This document shows positions 29,220 through 38,548 of a stretch of 64,000 nt of DNA, piece after piece. Made by a program: the position numbers and the translations under genes. A model generated the notes under the pieces. It ran no database searches and was not told the origin of the DNA. It was given only the letters and a program-made list of their open reading frames with translations. Source of the stretch: Candidatus Amunia macphersoniae (GTDB lineage Bacteria > Chloroflexota > Dormibacteria > Aeolococcales > Aeolococcaceae); NCBI GenBank assembly GCA_016464795.1, contig JAEKNN010000026.1, positions 5,059-69,058 on the forward strand, written 5' to 3'. Position 1 is the stretch's first letter; each line of letters opens with the position of its first letter.

Positions 29220-30056
29220 ATGAGCGCTGAGTTCCGTATCCAGGTGGCCCCCGAGGTGGTGGCGGCTGTGAACGGGGAGAAGCTGCCCGCCCCCGCCGTT
29301 GAGACACGCGGGCTCGACGCCTGGTACGGCGACTTCCAATCGCTTCGCAAGGTCGACTTCTCGGCGGCGAAAGGTCGCGTCACCGCGATCATCGGTCCGA
29401 GCGGCTGCGGCAAGAGCACCCTGCTGCGCGCGCTCAATCGCATGAACGACCTGGTCCCGGGATACCGCACCAGCGGCGAGATGATCCTCGAGGGGTCGCC
29501 GGCGCCAACCGATCCAGCTGGCGTGATCGCGCTGCGACGCCGGATGGGCATGCTCTTTCAGCGACCCAATCCGTTCCCGATGTCCGTCTTCGACAACGTC
29601 GCCTACGGGCTGCGCCTCGAGCGTCGCTGGAAGAAGCATGATCTGGACGAGCCGGTGGAGCGGGCGCTGACCCGAGCCGGCCTCTGGGAGGAGGTCAAGG
29701 ACCGCCTCAGCAGATCCGCCCTGGGCCTCTCAGGTGGCCAGCAGCAACGCCTGTGCCTGGCTCGCAGCCTGGCGGTCGACCCGCAGGTGATCCTCATGGA
29801 CGAACCCACCTCAGCGCTCGATCCCATTGCCACCCTCAGGGTGGAGGAGCTGATGCGTGAGTTCCGTGACGAGGTCACGATCATCATCGTCACTCACAAC
29901 ATGCAGCAGGCAGCCCGGGTCAGCGACGTGACCGCCTTCATGATGATGGGCGCCGGCAGGGCTGGCGAGCTGGTCGAGATCAACAGCACCATCGATCTCT
30001 TCAACAGGCCGAGTGATCGGCGCACCGAGGACTACATCACGGGCCGATTCGGTTGA
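29220..30056 (+). CDS. pstB: Phosphate ABC transporter ATP-binding protein
   Basis: Walker A GPSGCGKST, signature LSGGQQQRL, Walker B ILMDEPTSALD; 278 aa. Confidence 0.95.
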   Translation: MSAEFRIQVAPEVVAAVNGEKLPAPAVETRGLDAWYGDFQSLRKVDFSAAKGRVTAIIGPSGCGKSTLLRALNRMNDLVPGYRTSGEMILEGSPAPTDPAGVIALRRRMGMLFQRPNPFPMSVFDNVAYGLRLERRWKKHDLDEPVERALTRAGLWEEVKDRLSRSALGLSGGQQQRLCLARSLAVDPQVILMDEPTSALDPIATLRVEELMREFRDEVTIIIVTHNMQQAARVSDVTAFMMMGAGRAGELVEINSTIDLFNRPSDRRTEDYITGRFG

Positions 30057-30727
30057 TGGAGCCACTGGCGCACCCGCATCGTCCATCGTTCGAGAGCGAG
30101 CAGCGGCGGGTGCGGGACCTGGTTCTGGAGATGGGTGAGATGGTCGACGTGGCCATCGCCCGAGCCACCCGCGCGCTGGTCGACCGCGACGTGGCGCTGG
30201 CGAGCAGGGTGATCCGCGGTGACGACCTGGTCAACGCCAGGCAGGCCGACGTGCATGGCCACTGCCTGTCGGTGATCCTCACCCAGGCGCCGGTGGCCCG
30301 TGATCTCCGAGAGATCCTCGGCTTCCTGCACATGTCCGATGAGCTGGAGCGCATGGCCGACCATTGCGTCAACATCGCGCGCATCGCGCGCAACCTCGCC
30401 GACCTCCCGCCGCTGGGTGCTCCTGTGGATCTGCACATCCTCTCGCGCACCGTGGCCGAGCAGGTGCGCGACATGCTCAACGCGCTGGTGGCTCGCGACA
30501 TCGATCGTGCCCGCGAGATCGCCGCTCGAGACGACCGGGTCGACCGCATCTACCACCGTATTGTCGACGACATCCTGCAACTGATGGTGGGCGACAGCCG
30601 CAACGTCTACCCGGGAACCCAGCTGATCCTGGTGTCGATGAACCTCGAGCGCATCGCCGACAGGGTCACCAACCTGGCGGAGGACCTCGTCTTCCTCGAG
30701 ACCGGGGCGGTGGAGGAGCTGGGTTGA
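30053..30727 (+). CDS. phoU: Phosphate signalling complex protein PhoU
   Basis: Two PhoU repeats with conserved D/E...RIAD...N motifs (ELERMADHCVNIAR, LERIADRVTNLAED); 224 aa. Confidence 0.9.
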   Translation: MMEPLAHPHRPSFESEQRRVRDLVLEMGEMVDVAIARATRALVDRDVALASRVIRGDDLVNARQADVHGHCLSVILTQAPVARDLREILGFLHMSDELERMADHCVNIARIARNLADLPPLGAPVDLHILSRTVAEQVRDMLNALVARDIDRAREIAARDDRVDRIYHRIVDDILQLMVGDSRNVYPGTQLILVSMNLERIADRVTNLAEDLVFLETGAVEELG

Positions 30728-31485
30728 TGAGCAGCGCCCGCGGGCCCAAGCGGATCCTGGTCGTCGAGGATGAGGAGAACATCAGTCAGACCCTGCGCTA
30801 CAACCTCACTCGAGAGGGATACGAGGTGAGCCAGGCGGCCACGGGGACCCAGGCCCTCGAGCTGGCCCGGCAGCGTCATCCCGATCTGATCCTGCTCGAC
30901 CTGATGCTGCCCGAGATGAGCGGCCTCGAGGTGTGCAGGGTGCTCCGCGCCGAGATGAGCACCCCGATCCTCATGCTCACCGCCAAGGCCAGCGAGCTGG
31001 ACAAGGTGGTGGGACTGCAGGTCGGTGCCGATGACTACGTCACCAAGCCGTTCTCGCTCAACGAGCTGCTGGCTCGCGTCGCGGCCATGTTGCGCCGCGC
31101 GGAGCTCACCGGAGGCCAGCAGCACCGCCCCGGTGAGGTCGAGGACTTCGGCGGTTTCCGGCTGGATCGTGCGGCGCGCACAGTTCGCGTCGGAACCGAC
31201 GATGTGCATCTGTCCCCCAAGGAATTCGATCTGCTCTCGTTGCTGATGGCCAACGCCGGACGCGTTCTGTCACGGTCGACGATCATCCACCGCGTCTGGG
31301 GCAGCAAGTTCTTTGGCGATCACAAGACTGTCGACGTGCACATACGTTGGTTGCGCGAGAAGTTCGAGCACTTCGACACCCTGCCCTTCCGCATCACCAC
31401 CGTGTTCGGGGTTGGCTACCGGTTCGACAAGCTCGACGCCGAGATCCCGGTCTCGATCCTGAACGAGACCTCAACATCGGCTTAA
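30727..31485 (+). CDS. phoP: OmpR-family response regulator (PhoP/PhoB/RegX3-like)
   Basis: ATG overlaps phoU stop (TGATG); receiver RILVVEDEENI...DLILLDLMLP...LMLTAK, winged-helix C-terminus LSPKEFDLLSLLMANAGRVLSRSTI...VDVHIRWLR; ~252 aa. Confidence 0.9.
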   Translation: MSSARGPKRILVVEDEENISQTLRYNLTREGYEVSQAATGTQALELARQRHPDLILLDLMLPEMSGLEVCRVLRAEMSTPILMLTAKASELDKVVGLQVGADDYVTKPFSLNELLARVAAMLRRAELTGGQQHRPGEVEDFGGFRLDRAARTVRVGTDDVHLSPKEFDLLSLLMANAGRVLSRSTIIHRVWGSKFFGDHKTVDVHIRWLREKFEHFDTLPFRITTVFGVGYRFDKLDAEIPVSILNETSTSA

Positions 31486-31509
31486 CCAGGTCGCGTCTAG
31501 GCTGACCTC

Positions 31510-32508
31510 GTGGTCAGGTCCCCCGCCAACACCAGGCACCGGCCGGCTGTGGCCCGGGACCCTGCGGAGTCAGTCCGCGGCCACGCTCATGCGCCCCCGC
31601 AGGTGATCGGCCACGCCGGCCTCGCCATCCAGCGTCCGGGGGGCGTCCCCACGCGACGCCACCTCGATGAGCTGCTGGCCCTGGGAGTCGACCGCGTCGA
31701 GCTCGACGTGTGCACGAGCGCCGACGGCCACCTCGTTGTTCGCCACGACGCCTGCCTCGCCGACGGGCGCTTCGTGGCCGATCTCGACCTCGCCGACCTG
31801 CGCAGCGACGACCAATTCCAGCTGACGCTCGACGAGGTGTGTGAGCACCTCGAGGGTCGCATACCGATGCTGCTCGACCTCAAGATGGCGCACGCTGCCC
31901 AGGACCTGGGCGGTTGGTTCAACCGGCGCCGCGACCTCGAGATGTTCACTGTGTGCACCGAGAACCTGCCGTGGTTGCTGCAGCTGCGGTTTGCCGCGCC
32001 ACGGGTGGCCAGGTGGCCGTCCTTCCCCAACATCGGCGAGCGATCCAGCCACCACGTGCAGCAGGTCGTCGCCGGCCTGTGGCGGAGTCACGCGAGCATC
32101 AACGGTCTTCGCCGTGGCGTGTCGGACCTGCACGGCGCCGCCAGCCAGCTGCGCCATCATCCCCATGACAGCCTGGCCAGGCTGGGCGGCCTCCCGTGGC
32201 GGGAACGCCTGCCGCTCGAGCTCGCCCAGCCCTGCGAAGATCTCGCGGCCGAGGGCATCTGCGTCCAGAAGTGGCTCATCTCCGAACGCCTGGTGGAGGA
32301 GGCACACGGAGCCGGGCTGCATGTCAACGCCTGGACCATCAACAACACCGAGGTGGCCCATACTGTCGCCGCCGCCGGCGTCGACTCGATCACCACCGAT
32401 CGCGTCGCGGCCATCCAGCTGGCCCTGGGCATCGGCAAGCCGCCGCGATTGCCGGCCAGCGCTCGCGGCGGGCGGCTCAGGGTGGCGGCGCGTAGCGCGC
32501 CGAGCTGA
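31510..32508 (+). CDS. Glycerophosphodiester phosphodiesterase family protein (start may be GTG at 31603)
   Basis: GDPD motifs VIGHAGL, VDRVELDVCTSADGHLVVRHD, ...NAWTINN...; directly downstream of phoP. Confidence 0.75.
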   Translation: MVRSPANTRHRPAVARDPAESVRGHAHAPPQVIGHAGLAIQRPGGVPTRRHLDELLALGVDRVELDVCTSADGHLVVRHDACLADGRFVADLDLADLRSDDQFQLTLDEVCEHLEGRIPMLLDLKMAHAAQDLGGWFNRRRDLEMFTVCTENLPWLLQLRFAAPRVARWPSFPNIGERSSHHVQQVVAGLWRSHASINGLRRGVSDLHGAASQLRHHPHDSLARLGGLPWRERLPLELAQPCEDLAAEGICVQKWLISERLVEEAHGAGLHVNAWTINNTEVAHTVAAAGVDSITTDRVAAIQLALGIGKPPRLPASARGGRLRVAARSAPS

Positions 32509-32938
32509 CCACACCGGCGCTGAGCTCCAGGGTCCACGTGGATCCCTTCTCGGCATGTGGGGAAGACAGGCTGAGCCCCGACGCGATCAGCAGGCCCAGC
32601 AGGTCGGCGAGGATGTCGCCGTGGGTGCAGGCCACCACCGGAAAGAGCTGCTCTGCTCGCAGTCGGTCGAGCATTGGGGTGGCGCCGCCTCCCTCGTAGA
32701 GCTCGCTCAGGGTTGTGATCGCCAGCTGGTGAGCTCTCGCCAGCGGCAACACCGTGGCCACGCAGCGCAGCGATGGGCTGGAGTAGATGGCCGCAGGGGT
32801 CACCGTCAGCTGGGAGGGCAGCCGCTCCGCCTGCCCGCAGCCGCGGCCCGAGAGCGGACGGAGATCGTCGTCATGCGACCATCTGCCGGGGTCGCCGGCA
32901 TGAGCGTGGCGGACCACGTGGATCAGCTGCGCAGCCAT
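32477..32938 (-). CDS. Histidine phosphatase family protein (SixA-like phosphohistidine phosphatase); internal Met start
   Basis: RHG motif LIHVVRHAHAG at N-terminus; ~153 aa; overlaps CHAD gene end by 16 nt. Confidence 0.7.
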   Translation of the reverse strand: MAAQLIHVVRHAHAGDPGRWSHDDDLRPLSGRGCGQAERLPSQLTVTPAAIYSSPSLRCVATVLPLARAHQLAITTLSELYEGGGATPMLDRLRAEQLFPVVACTHGDILADLLGLLIASGLSLSSPHAEKGSTWTLELSAGVVSSARYAPPP

Positions 32939-34350
32939 CGCCACTGCCGGGGACGCGACGCCGCCCTCCATGCGTCAGGCCACCGCTCCGATGCGTGGCG
33001 CAGCCGGGCCAGCTCGAGCGCGGCCAGCTGGCCCGCCGCGAAGGCAACACCCGTGGTGGCCTCGGCCTGGCGCTGCAGCCACTCGCGTGTGACCACCGCG
33101 TCGTGCTGCTCGCCGAGAACTGTCTGGAGCTCGGCGACACGTGCCGCGGAGCTCGCCGCTGCCTCGCCGGCCTCCGGCACGCTGGCATCGGCGGCGTACC
33201 TCACCCGCTTGGCGAGGATCCTGATGCGGTGAAGCTGCTCGTCGGTGGGCGTCTCGTCCAGCGCTGCCACATACTGCCGCAGTCTCCGCCACCGTCTGGC
33301 TGCCAGCGGTGTCACCGAGGTGAGACCGTCGGCGCCGTCCGACCACCTCGGCTGCGTCACCGCGGCGATGGTGTCGTCGATCACGCCCAGGTACTCGGCG
33401 CGCGACAGCTCATCGAGGAGCTCGGTCCGCGCAGTGGCCAGGTGCGCGGCTGCGGTGTCGAGCAGTGGCATCGCCGACTCGCGATCACCGTCGGACAGGA
33501 GCGAGGTGAGATCGCTCAACCGGCCGCTCAGCACCTCCGCGTCGCGGACGGTGCCCAGACGGGCAGCGAACCCTCCGAGCCGTTCGCGCAGCGCGGCCGC
33601 CCAGTCACCATCGAGCAGGGGCGCGAACGTCTGCAGGTCGGAGCGGAGCCTGCGCAGGGCGACGCGCACCTTGCGCAGCGCGTCGGGCGAGCCGGCCCCA
33701 GCCAGCTCGCCGTCGAAGTGCAGCCACTGGATCATCGACAGCGTCGTGCTTCGGCTGAAGAGATCGCGAGGGCCTGTCGCCTTCCTGTCAGGCAGGCGAA
33801 GCCGCGGCGCGCGTACAAGGCCTGGGCGGAGGACCGCAAGCGTGGCGGCGTCACCCACGGCGACGCGAGCGAACAGCCTCGTGATCGGCGCCGCCTCATC
33901 GGAGGAATCAGCATCGGCGACGAGGATGCGACGAAGCCGCGGCGTCCAGGAGCTGGGACTGCCGTCGTCGACGCGCTCCTCGATGATCGTCACGGGGCGG
34001 GGGAGGCCGGAGCCGGAGACGGTGTGGGTGCGGCGCTGGACGGACACCTTCGCACGGGACGCCAGGGGGCGTCCACGCCTGTATCCCCGCGACCAGTCAG
34101 CCACCAGCTGCGCGTCCACGCTGCCGGGTGCGCTCCACTCGCGAACCGGCAGCTTGTGGTTGCCGAGGTTGTCGCGCCTCCAGCGCCAGCCGTCGCGGCG
34201 GCTGAAGGATAGCTCGGCGCCGGCGGCCGCCAGGCGACGGTCACCGGTGTCGAACAGCTCGAGCGTCCGGCGCGTCGGTGCGCTGATCTCGACGGTGAAC
34301 CCGTTGTCGGTCAGGTGCCGGGGGATGGACAGCGCCAGTGGGACGCGCAC
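32923..34350 (-). CDS. CHAD-domain protein (polyphosphate-granule-associated family), start placed at GTG just downstream of ppk stop
   Basis: C-terminal CHAD helices LRKVRVALRRLRSDLQTFAPLLDGDW...LHRIRILAKRVRYAAD; N-terminal ~230 aa may be a degenerate CYTH-like domain; upstream alternative starts would overlap ppk. Confidence 0.7.
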   Translation of the reverse strand: MRVPLALSIPRHLTDNGFTVEISAPTRRTLELFDTGDRRLAAAGAELSFSRRDGWRWRRDNLGNHKLPVREWSAPGSVDAQLVADWSRGYRRGRPLASRAKVSVQRRTHTVSGSGLPRPVTIIEERVDDGSPSSWTPRLRRILVADADSSDEAAPITRLFARVAVGDAATLAVLRPGLVRAPRLRLPDRKATGPRDLFSRSTTLSMIQWLHFDGELAGAGSPDALRKVRVALRRLRSDLQTFAPLLDGDWAAALRERLGGFAARLGTVRDAEVLSGRLSDLTSLLSDGDRESAMPLLDTAAAHLATARTELLDELSRAEYLGVIDDTIAAVTQPRWSDGADGLTSVTPLAARRWRRLRQYVAALDETPTDEQLHRIRILAKRVRYAADASVPEAGEAAASSAARVAELQTVLGEQHDAVVTREWLQRQAEATTGVAFAAGQLAALELARLRHASERWPDAWRAASRPRQWRWLRS

Positions 34351-34369
34351 CCGCTGGGTGGGGTCAGGC

Positions 34370-36469
34370 TCAGGCAACTCCTCGGTTGCGCCGCAGGGCA
34401 CCCTCCGCCAGCGCCTCCTGCGCGTTGACGCCCGTCGTGACCGGAACACGCGTCCAGCCGTGGCCGTCGAACTGCCATGCCAGGGCATCGTCGGTGAGCG
34501 AGAGCTCGATGATCTCATCGAGCCGGCCGCGCAACCCGGAGTCGGTGACCGGCACGGCAACCTCGACACGCCTGTCCAGATTGCGCGGCATCAGGTCGGC
34601 CGAGCTGATCAGGTAGTCAGCATCGGCTCCGATCCCGAAACGGTAGATCCGCGAATGCTCGAGGTAGCGTCCCACCAGTGAGCGGATGCGCAGGCGCTCG
34701 GGCGCGGCCGATGCGGCCGGGTTGAGCGCGCACATGCCACGCACGATCAGGTCGATCTCGGCTCCCGTCTCAGCAGCCTCGTAGAGCGCGTCGATGATCT
34801 CCGGATCGATCAGGCCGTTGAGCTTGAGGGCAATCCTGCCGCCGGGGCGTGCCTCGCGGTGGATCAGTTCGGTGAGCGCGCCCCGCAGACGTTGCGGTGC
34901 CACGATGATGCGTGAGTACTGGACGTCCCGGCTGTAGCCGGACAGTGCGTTGAAGAGCTCGCTCATGTCGGCACAGGTCTCAGCGTCGGACGTCAGCAGC
35001 GCGACATCCTCGTAGATGCGCGCTGTGTCAGGGTTGTAGTTCCCTGTCGAGACGTGGCAGTAGCGCGTGATCTGTCCGGCCTCGGTGCGCACCACCAGGG
35101 AAACCTTGGCGTGGGTCTTGAGGCCGACGATGCCGTAGATGACGTGCACTCCTGCCTGCTCGAGCGCTTGCGCCCAACTGATGTTCGCCTGCTCGTCGAA
35201 ACGCGCGGTCAGCTCCACCAGCGCCACCACCTGCTTGCCGGTTTCGGCGGCGCGGATCAGCGAGCGGATTATCGGACTGTTGGTGCCCGATGTTCGGTAG
35301 AGCGTCTGCTTGATCGCGAGCACTGAAGGATCGGATGCCGCCTGTTCGACAAACGCCACCGCCGACGCGTCGAAGTCCTCGTAGGGATGGTGGACGAGCA
35401 CGTCGGCGGCGCGCACCGCGGCGAAGATGTCGTACCCGCCGTCGTGCGGCAACAGCGCCGCCGGCACACTGGGAACCCATTGCTGATACTTCAGCTCGGG
35501 ACGGTCCAGGCCGGCCAGTTGGAAGAGCGCTGAGAGGTCGAGCGGGGCGTGCACCACATGGACATCCAGCTGATCCATCTCCAGCTCGCGGATGAGCAGG
35601 TCACGCACCTCGTCCGGCATGCGCTCATCGATCTCGAGGCGTACCACGAGCGGTGAGAGCCGGCGGCGCTTGAGGACATCACGAACCGCCTCGAGCAGGT
35701 CGTCCTCGTCACTGTCCAGCTGGAAGTCGGCACCCCGGGTGAGCCGAAACGGATGGTGGGTGATGATGTCCATCCCGGGGAACAGGGCATCGAGGTGGGC
35801 GCTGATCACCTGCTCGAGGGGGACGAAGCTGTTGCCCGCCGGCAGCGCCGCGAACCTCGGCAGCGCCGGCGGCACCTTGACCCTGGCCACCCGGTGCTCA
35901 CGGGTCAGCGGGTCGGCGACGACAACGGCCAGGTTGAGCGACATCGACGAGATGTATGGGAAGGGGTAGGCCGGGTCGACCGCCAGCGGTGTCAGCACCG
36001 GGAACAGTTGCAGCGCGAAGTAGGTGTCGAGGTGAGAGCGCGCCGCGTGGTCGAGCTCGTGGTAGTCGCAGACGCAGATGCCGGCGCCCTGGAGGGCGGG
36101 CGCCACGGAGCTGGCGTAGATGGCGTCCTGGTCTCGCGCGAACTGGGCTGTCCGCTCGCGAAACAGCTCGCGCTGTTCGAGTGGGGTCAGCCCGTCAGGA
36201 GAGCGGTCGCTGAGGCCGGTCTCAACGTTCTGGGCCAGCACCGCACCCCGAACCTGGAAGAATTCGTCGAGGTTGTGGGCGGAGATCGCCAGGAACCTCG
36301 CGCGCTCGAGGACGGGCACATCGCTGCTGCCGGCGCGTGCCAGGACGCGGCGATTGAAGTCCAGCCAGGATGCATCGCGGTTGAGGTAGCGGGGCTCAGA
36401 ATCCTCGCGCCGCGTCGACCTCTCCAGCTCCTCTTCGAACACGCGCGGGGCCTGCTGTCGAATAGCCAT
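34370..36469 (-). CDS. ppk: Polyphosphate kinase 1
   Basis: 699 aa; N-domain RYLNRDASWLDFNRRVL, PLD-like C-domains, ...THAKVSLVVR... (HxK); classic PPK1 length. Confidence 0.95.
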   Translation of the reverse strand: MAIRQQAPRVFEEELERSTRREDSEPRYLNRDASWLDFNRRVLARAGSSDVPVLERARFLAISAHNLDEFFQVRGAVLAQNVETGLSDRSPDGLTPLEQRELFRERTAQFARDQDAIYASSVAPALQGAGICVCDYHELDHAARSHLDTYFALQLFPVLTPLAVDPAYPFPYISSMSLNLAVVVADPLTREHRVARVKVPPALPRFAALPAGNSFVPLEQVISAHLDALFPGMDIITHHPFRLTRGADFQLDSDEDDLLEAVRDVLKRRRLSPLVVRLEIDERMPDEVRDLLIRELEMDQLDVHVVHAPLDLSALFQLAGLDRPELKYQQWVPSVPAALLPHDGGYDIFAAVRAADVLVHHPYEDFDASAVAFVEQAASDPSVLAIKQTLYRTSGTNSPIIRSLIRAAETGKQVVALVELTARFDEQANISWAQALEQAGVHVIYGIVGLKTHAKVSLVVRTEAGQITRYCHVSTGNYNPDTARIYEDVALLTSDAETCADMSELFNALSGYSRDVQYSRIIVAPQRLRGALTELIHREARPGGRIALKLNGLIDPEIIDALYEAAETGAEIDLIVRGMCALNPAASAAPERLRIRSLVGRYLEHSRIYRFGIGADADYLISSADLMPRNLDRRVEVAVPVTDSGLRGRLDEIIELSLTDDALAWQFDGHGWTRVPVTTGVNAQEALAEGALRRNRGVA

Positions 36470-36537
36470 GGCCGCCTATTGTGCCTCCCTGGCGTGAGGG
36501 TCGTCGCCCGTTGTGCGCTGCCTATACTCGCGTCGAT

Positions 36538-38073
36538 GTGAGCCCAGCACCGCGCGCCGTCGCCGACATCGGCTCGAACTCGGCGCGGCTGCTGCTGGTG
36601 CGCCCCACCGACCAGGGGCATCTCGATGTGCTGGTCGATGCGCGCGTGGCGTTGCGACTGGTGCGCGACCTCGACGCCAGCGGCCGTCTCACCCGAGTTG
36701 CTGTGCAGAGGACCGTTGAGACGCTGCACGCCTTCACAGTCATCGCCCGTCGCCACGGCGCGCGGAGCGTCAGTGCCGTGGCCACCTCGGCGATTCGCGA
36801 CGCCTCCAACCGGGAGAGCTTCGTGAGCGAGGTCCAGCGTCGCACCGGCATGACCATCACCGTGCTGAGCGGAGAGGAGGAGGCAAGGCTGGCGCTGGTG
36901 GGCGCGGTTTCGGCGCTTCCGGTCGAGAGCGGCGCGGTCATCGACCTCGGTGGCGGCAGCATGGAGGTGGCCACCTTCAGCCGCCGGCGCTTTCGTGCCG
37001 GCTTCACGCTCCCGTTGGGAGCGCTGCGGCTTGGTGATGCGTTTCTCAAGCATGACCCACCGCGATCTGACGAGCTTGCGGCCATGCGCGATCACGTGCG
37101 CACCGCTCTCGCCACCGTCGATGTCGCCGACCTCAGCGCCGCTGAGAGCCTGGTCGGAACCGGCGGGACGATTCGTGCGCTTGCCAAGGCAGCGCGGGGG
37201 CGCCGGCCGCCGGCTCTCAACCGGCTCCACGGGTACGAGCTGCGCCGGTCCGATGTGGACACGCTGGTGGATCGGCTGGCGAGGTTGCCGGCTGCGCGAC
37301 GCTCCTCGGTGGCCGGCATCAGTGGCACCCGCGCCGAATCCGTGCTCGGTGGGGCCCTGGTGGTGCAGGTGCTGATGGAGCTCGCGCAAGCGCCGACGAT
37401 CCTGGTGTCCGGATACGGCGTGCGCCAGGGCGTGATCCTCGATCAGCTCGACCTGTCGGTTCCACGTCCGCGCCAGGTGCGCGATGCCAGCGTGAGCGCC
37501 GTGCTCGGGCGTCTCCGCGGAGGCACCCCCGGTTCGCAGCGTCGTCGGCTGCTCCTCAGCGCGCTCGCTCCAGTCCTCAGCCCCACCTTGGACGTCGCCC
37601 TCCTCGACATGGCCGGTCACGCGGCCCGCCTGGTTGACGCCGGCGCTCATCTCGATCACTACGGCCGGTGGTCGGAGACGGCCAACCTGGTCACAACCGC
37701 CGACCTCGATGGCTTCACGCACTCCGAGCTCTCCTCCATCGCAGCCGTGCTCCTCTGCGCCGGCGAAGCGTCGATCCCGGCCCCATTGCGCCGCGAGAGC
37801 CGCACCGCCAGGGGTGCCCTGGAGCGCGCGGGTGTGCTTCTGGCCCTCGCGGACGACATCGACCGTCGACTCCCTCCCGGACGCGGCGCGGCCATCGGAG
37901 GGCTGGGGCGGGACGGTCGGCTCGACGTGGGCGGAATGCCGCCCATGCTGTTGCCCGCGTCGCTGTCTGAGCGCTGCCAGACCATCCTGCACAAGAACGT
38001 GCGCGAGCTGGTGGATGTCAGCCACCCCCGACCCCGCGCGCGGCGGCCGGAAGTGGCGGTCGAGTTCAAGTAG
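36538..38073 (+). CDS. ppx: Exopolyphosphatase / guanosine pentaphosphate phosphohydrolase (Ppx/GppA family)
   Basis: GTG start; AVADIGSNSARLLLV, ...IDLGGGSMEVA... ASKHA-fold motifs; -10-like TATACT only 9 bp upstream (possibly leaderless). Confidence 0.85.
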   Translation: MSPAPRAVADIGSNSARLLLVRPTDQGHLDVLVDARVALRLVRDLDASGRLTRVAVQRTVETLHAFTVIARRHGARSVSAVATSAIRDASNRESFVSEVQRRTGMTITVLSGEEEARLALVGAVSALPVESGAVIDLGGGSMEVATFSRRRFRAGFTLPLGALRLGDAFLKHDPPRSDELAAMRDHVRTALATVDVADLSAAESLVGTGGTIRALAKAARGRRPPALNRLHGYELRRSDVDTLVDRLARLPAARRSSVAGISGTRAESVLGGALVVQVLMELAQAPTILVSGYGVRQGVILDQLDLSVPRPRQVRDASVSAVLGRLRGGTPGSQRRRLLLSALAPVLSPTLDVALLDMAGHAARLVDAGAHLDHYGRWSETANLVTTADLDGFTHSELSSIAAVLLCAGEASIPAPLRRESRTARGALERAGVLLALADDIDRRLPPGRGAAIGGLGRDGRLDVGGMPPMLLPASLSERCQTILHKNVRELVDVSHPRPRARRPEVAVEFK

Positions 38074-38122
38074 CATGGCGCTCGCGCAGCCGGGTTGGTG
38101 ATCCACGATGAGGAGGTAGGTG

Positions 38123-38548
38123 ATGCCGAGCAAGTCTCCCAAAGGGCTGCAGAAGCGCCTGCAGAAGGTCGAGCAGGCGCAGGCCAGGCTCGGCGAGATC
38201 GCCAAGCGCATCAGCGTGCAGGCGTCAATCGTCGCGGACCTCGTGGCGCTGGTCAGCAGCGCGGCCGGCGAGAGCGCTGCACCTGCACGATCGTCGACCT
38301 CCAAGCGCACCAGCAAGCCGGTCGCCCGCACCACGGTCCGAGCCCAGACGGCTGCCGCGACGTCGCCCAAGGCCGCGGCCACACGACGCACGGCTGCTCC
38401 CGCGGCACGCAAGCGCGCGCCCAGCACGCGCAAGCCCGCGACGGCAGCAGCCGCTGCCGCACCGCGCACGTCGGCGCCCGCGGCACGCAAGCGTGCGCCC
38501 AGCACGCGCAAGGTGGCCACGGCACCACCCCCAGCCGACGCGATCTAA
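38123..38548 (+). CDS. Small basic protein: N-terminal coiled-coil, C-terminal Ala/Pro/Arg/Lys-rich low-complexity tail with 26-aa tandem repeat (PAARKRAPSTRK...)
   Basis: Strong SD AGGAGG 7 nt upstream of ATG; very high GC3; 78-bp-period DNA direct repeat (38399-38434 / 38477-38512); the alternative-frame 259-aa His/Arg-rich ORF 38095-38874 is rejected. Confidence 0.55.
   Translation: MPSKSPKGLQKRLQKVEQAQARLGEIAKRISVQASIVADLVALVSSAAGESAAPARSSTSKRTSKPVARTTVRAQTAAATSPKAAATRRTAAPAARKRAPSTRKPATAAAAAAPRTSAPAARKRAPSTRKVATAPPPADAI

Noticed and set aside
31481-31487. Single GCTTAAC half-site between phoP and the GDPD gene
   Set aside because: It overlaps the phoP TAA stop codon and lacks a convincing phased second unit. 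The adjacent CTGACC-TCGT-GGTCAG hairpin looks more like a terminator.
36187-38520. 777-aa minus-strand ORF
   Set aside because: It is antisense to ppx and the small basic protein gene and overlaps the ppk 5' end. The translation is Ala/Arg/Gly-rich, low-complexity and non-protein-like.
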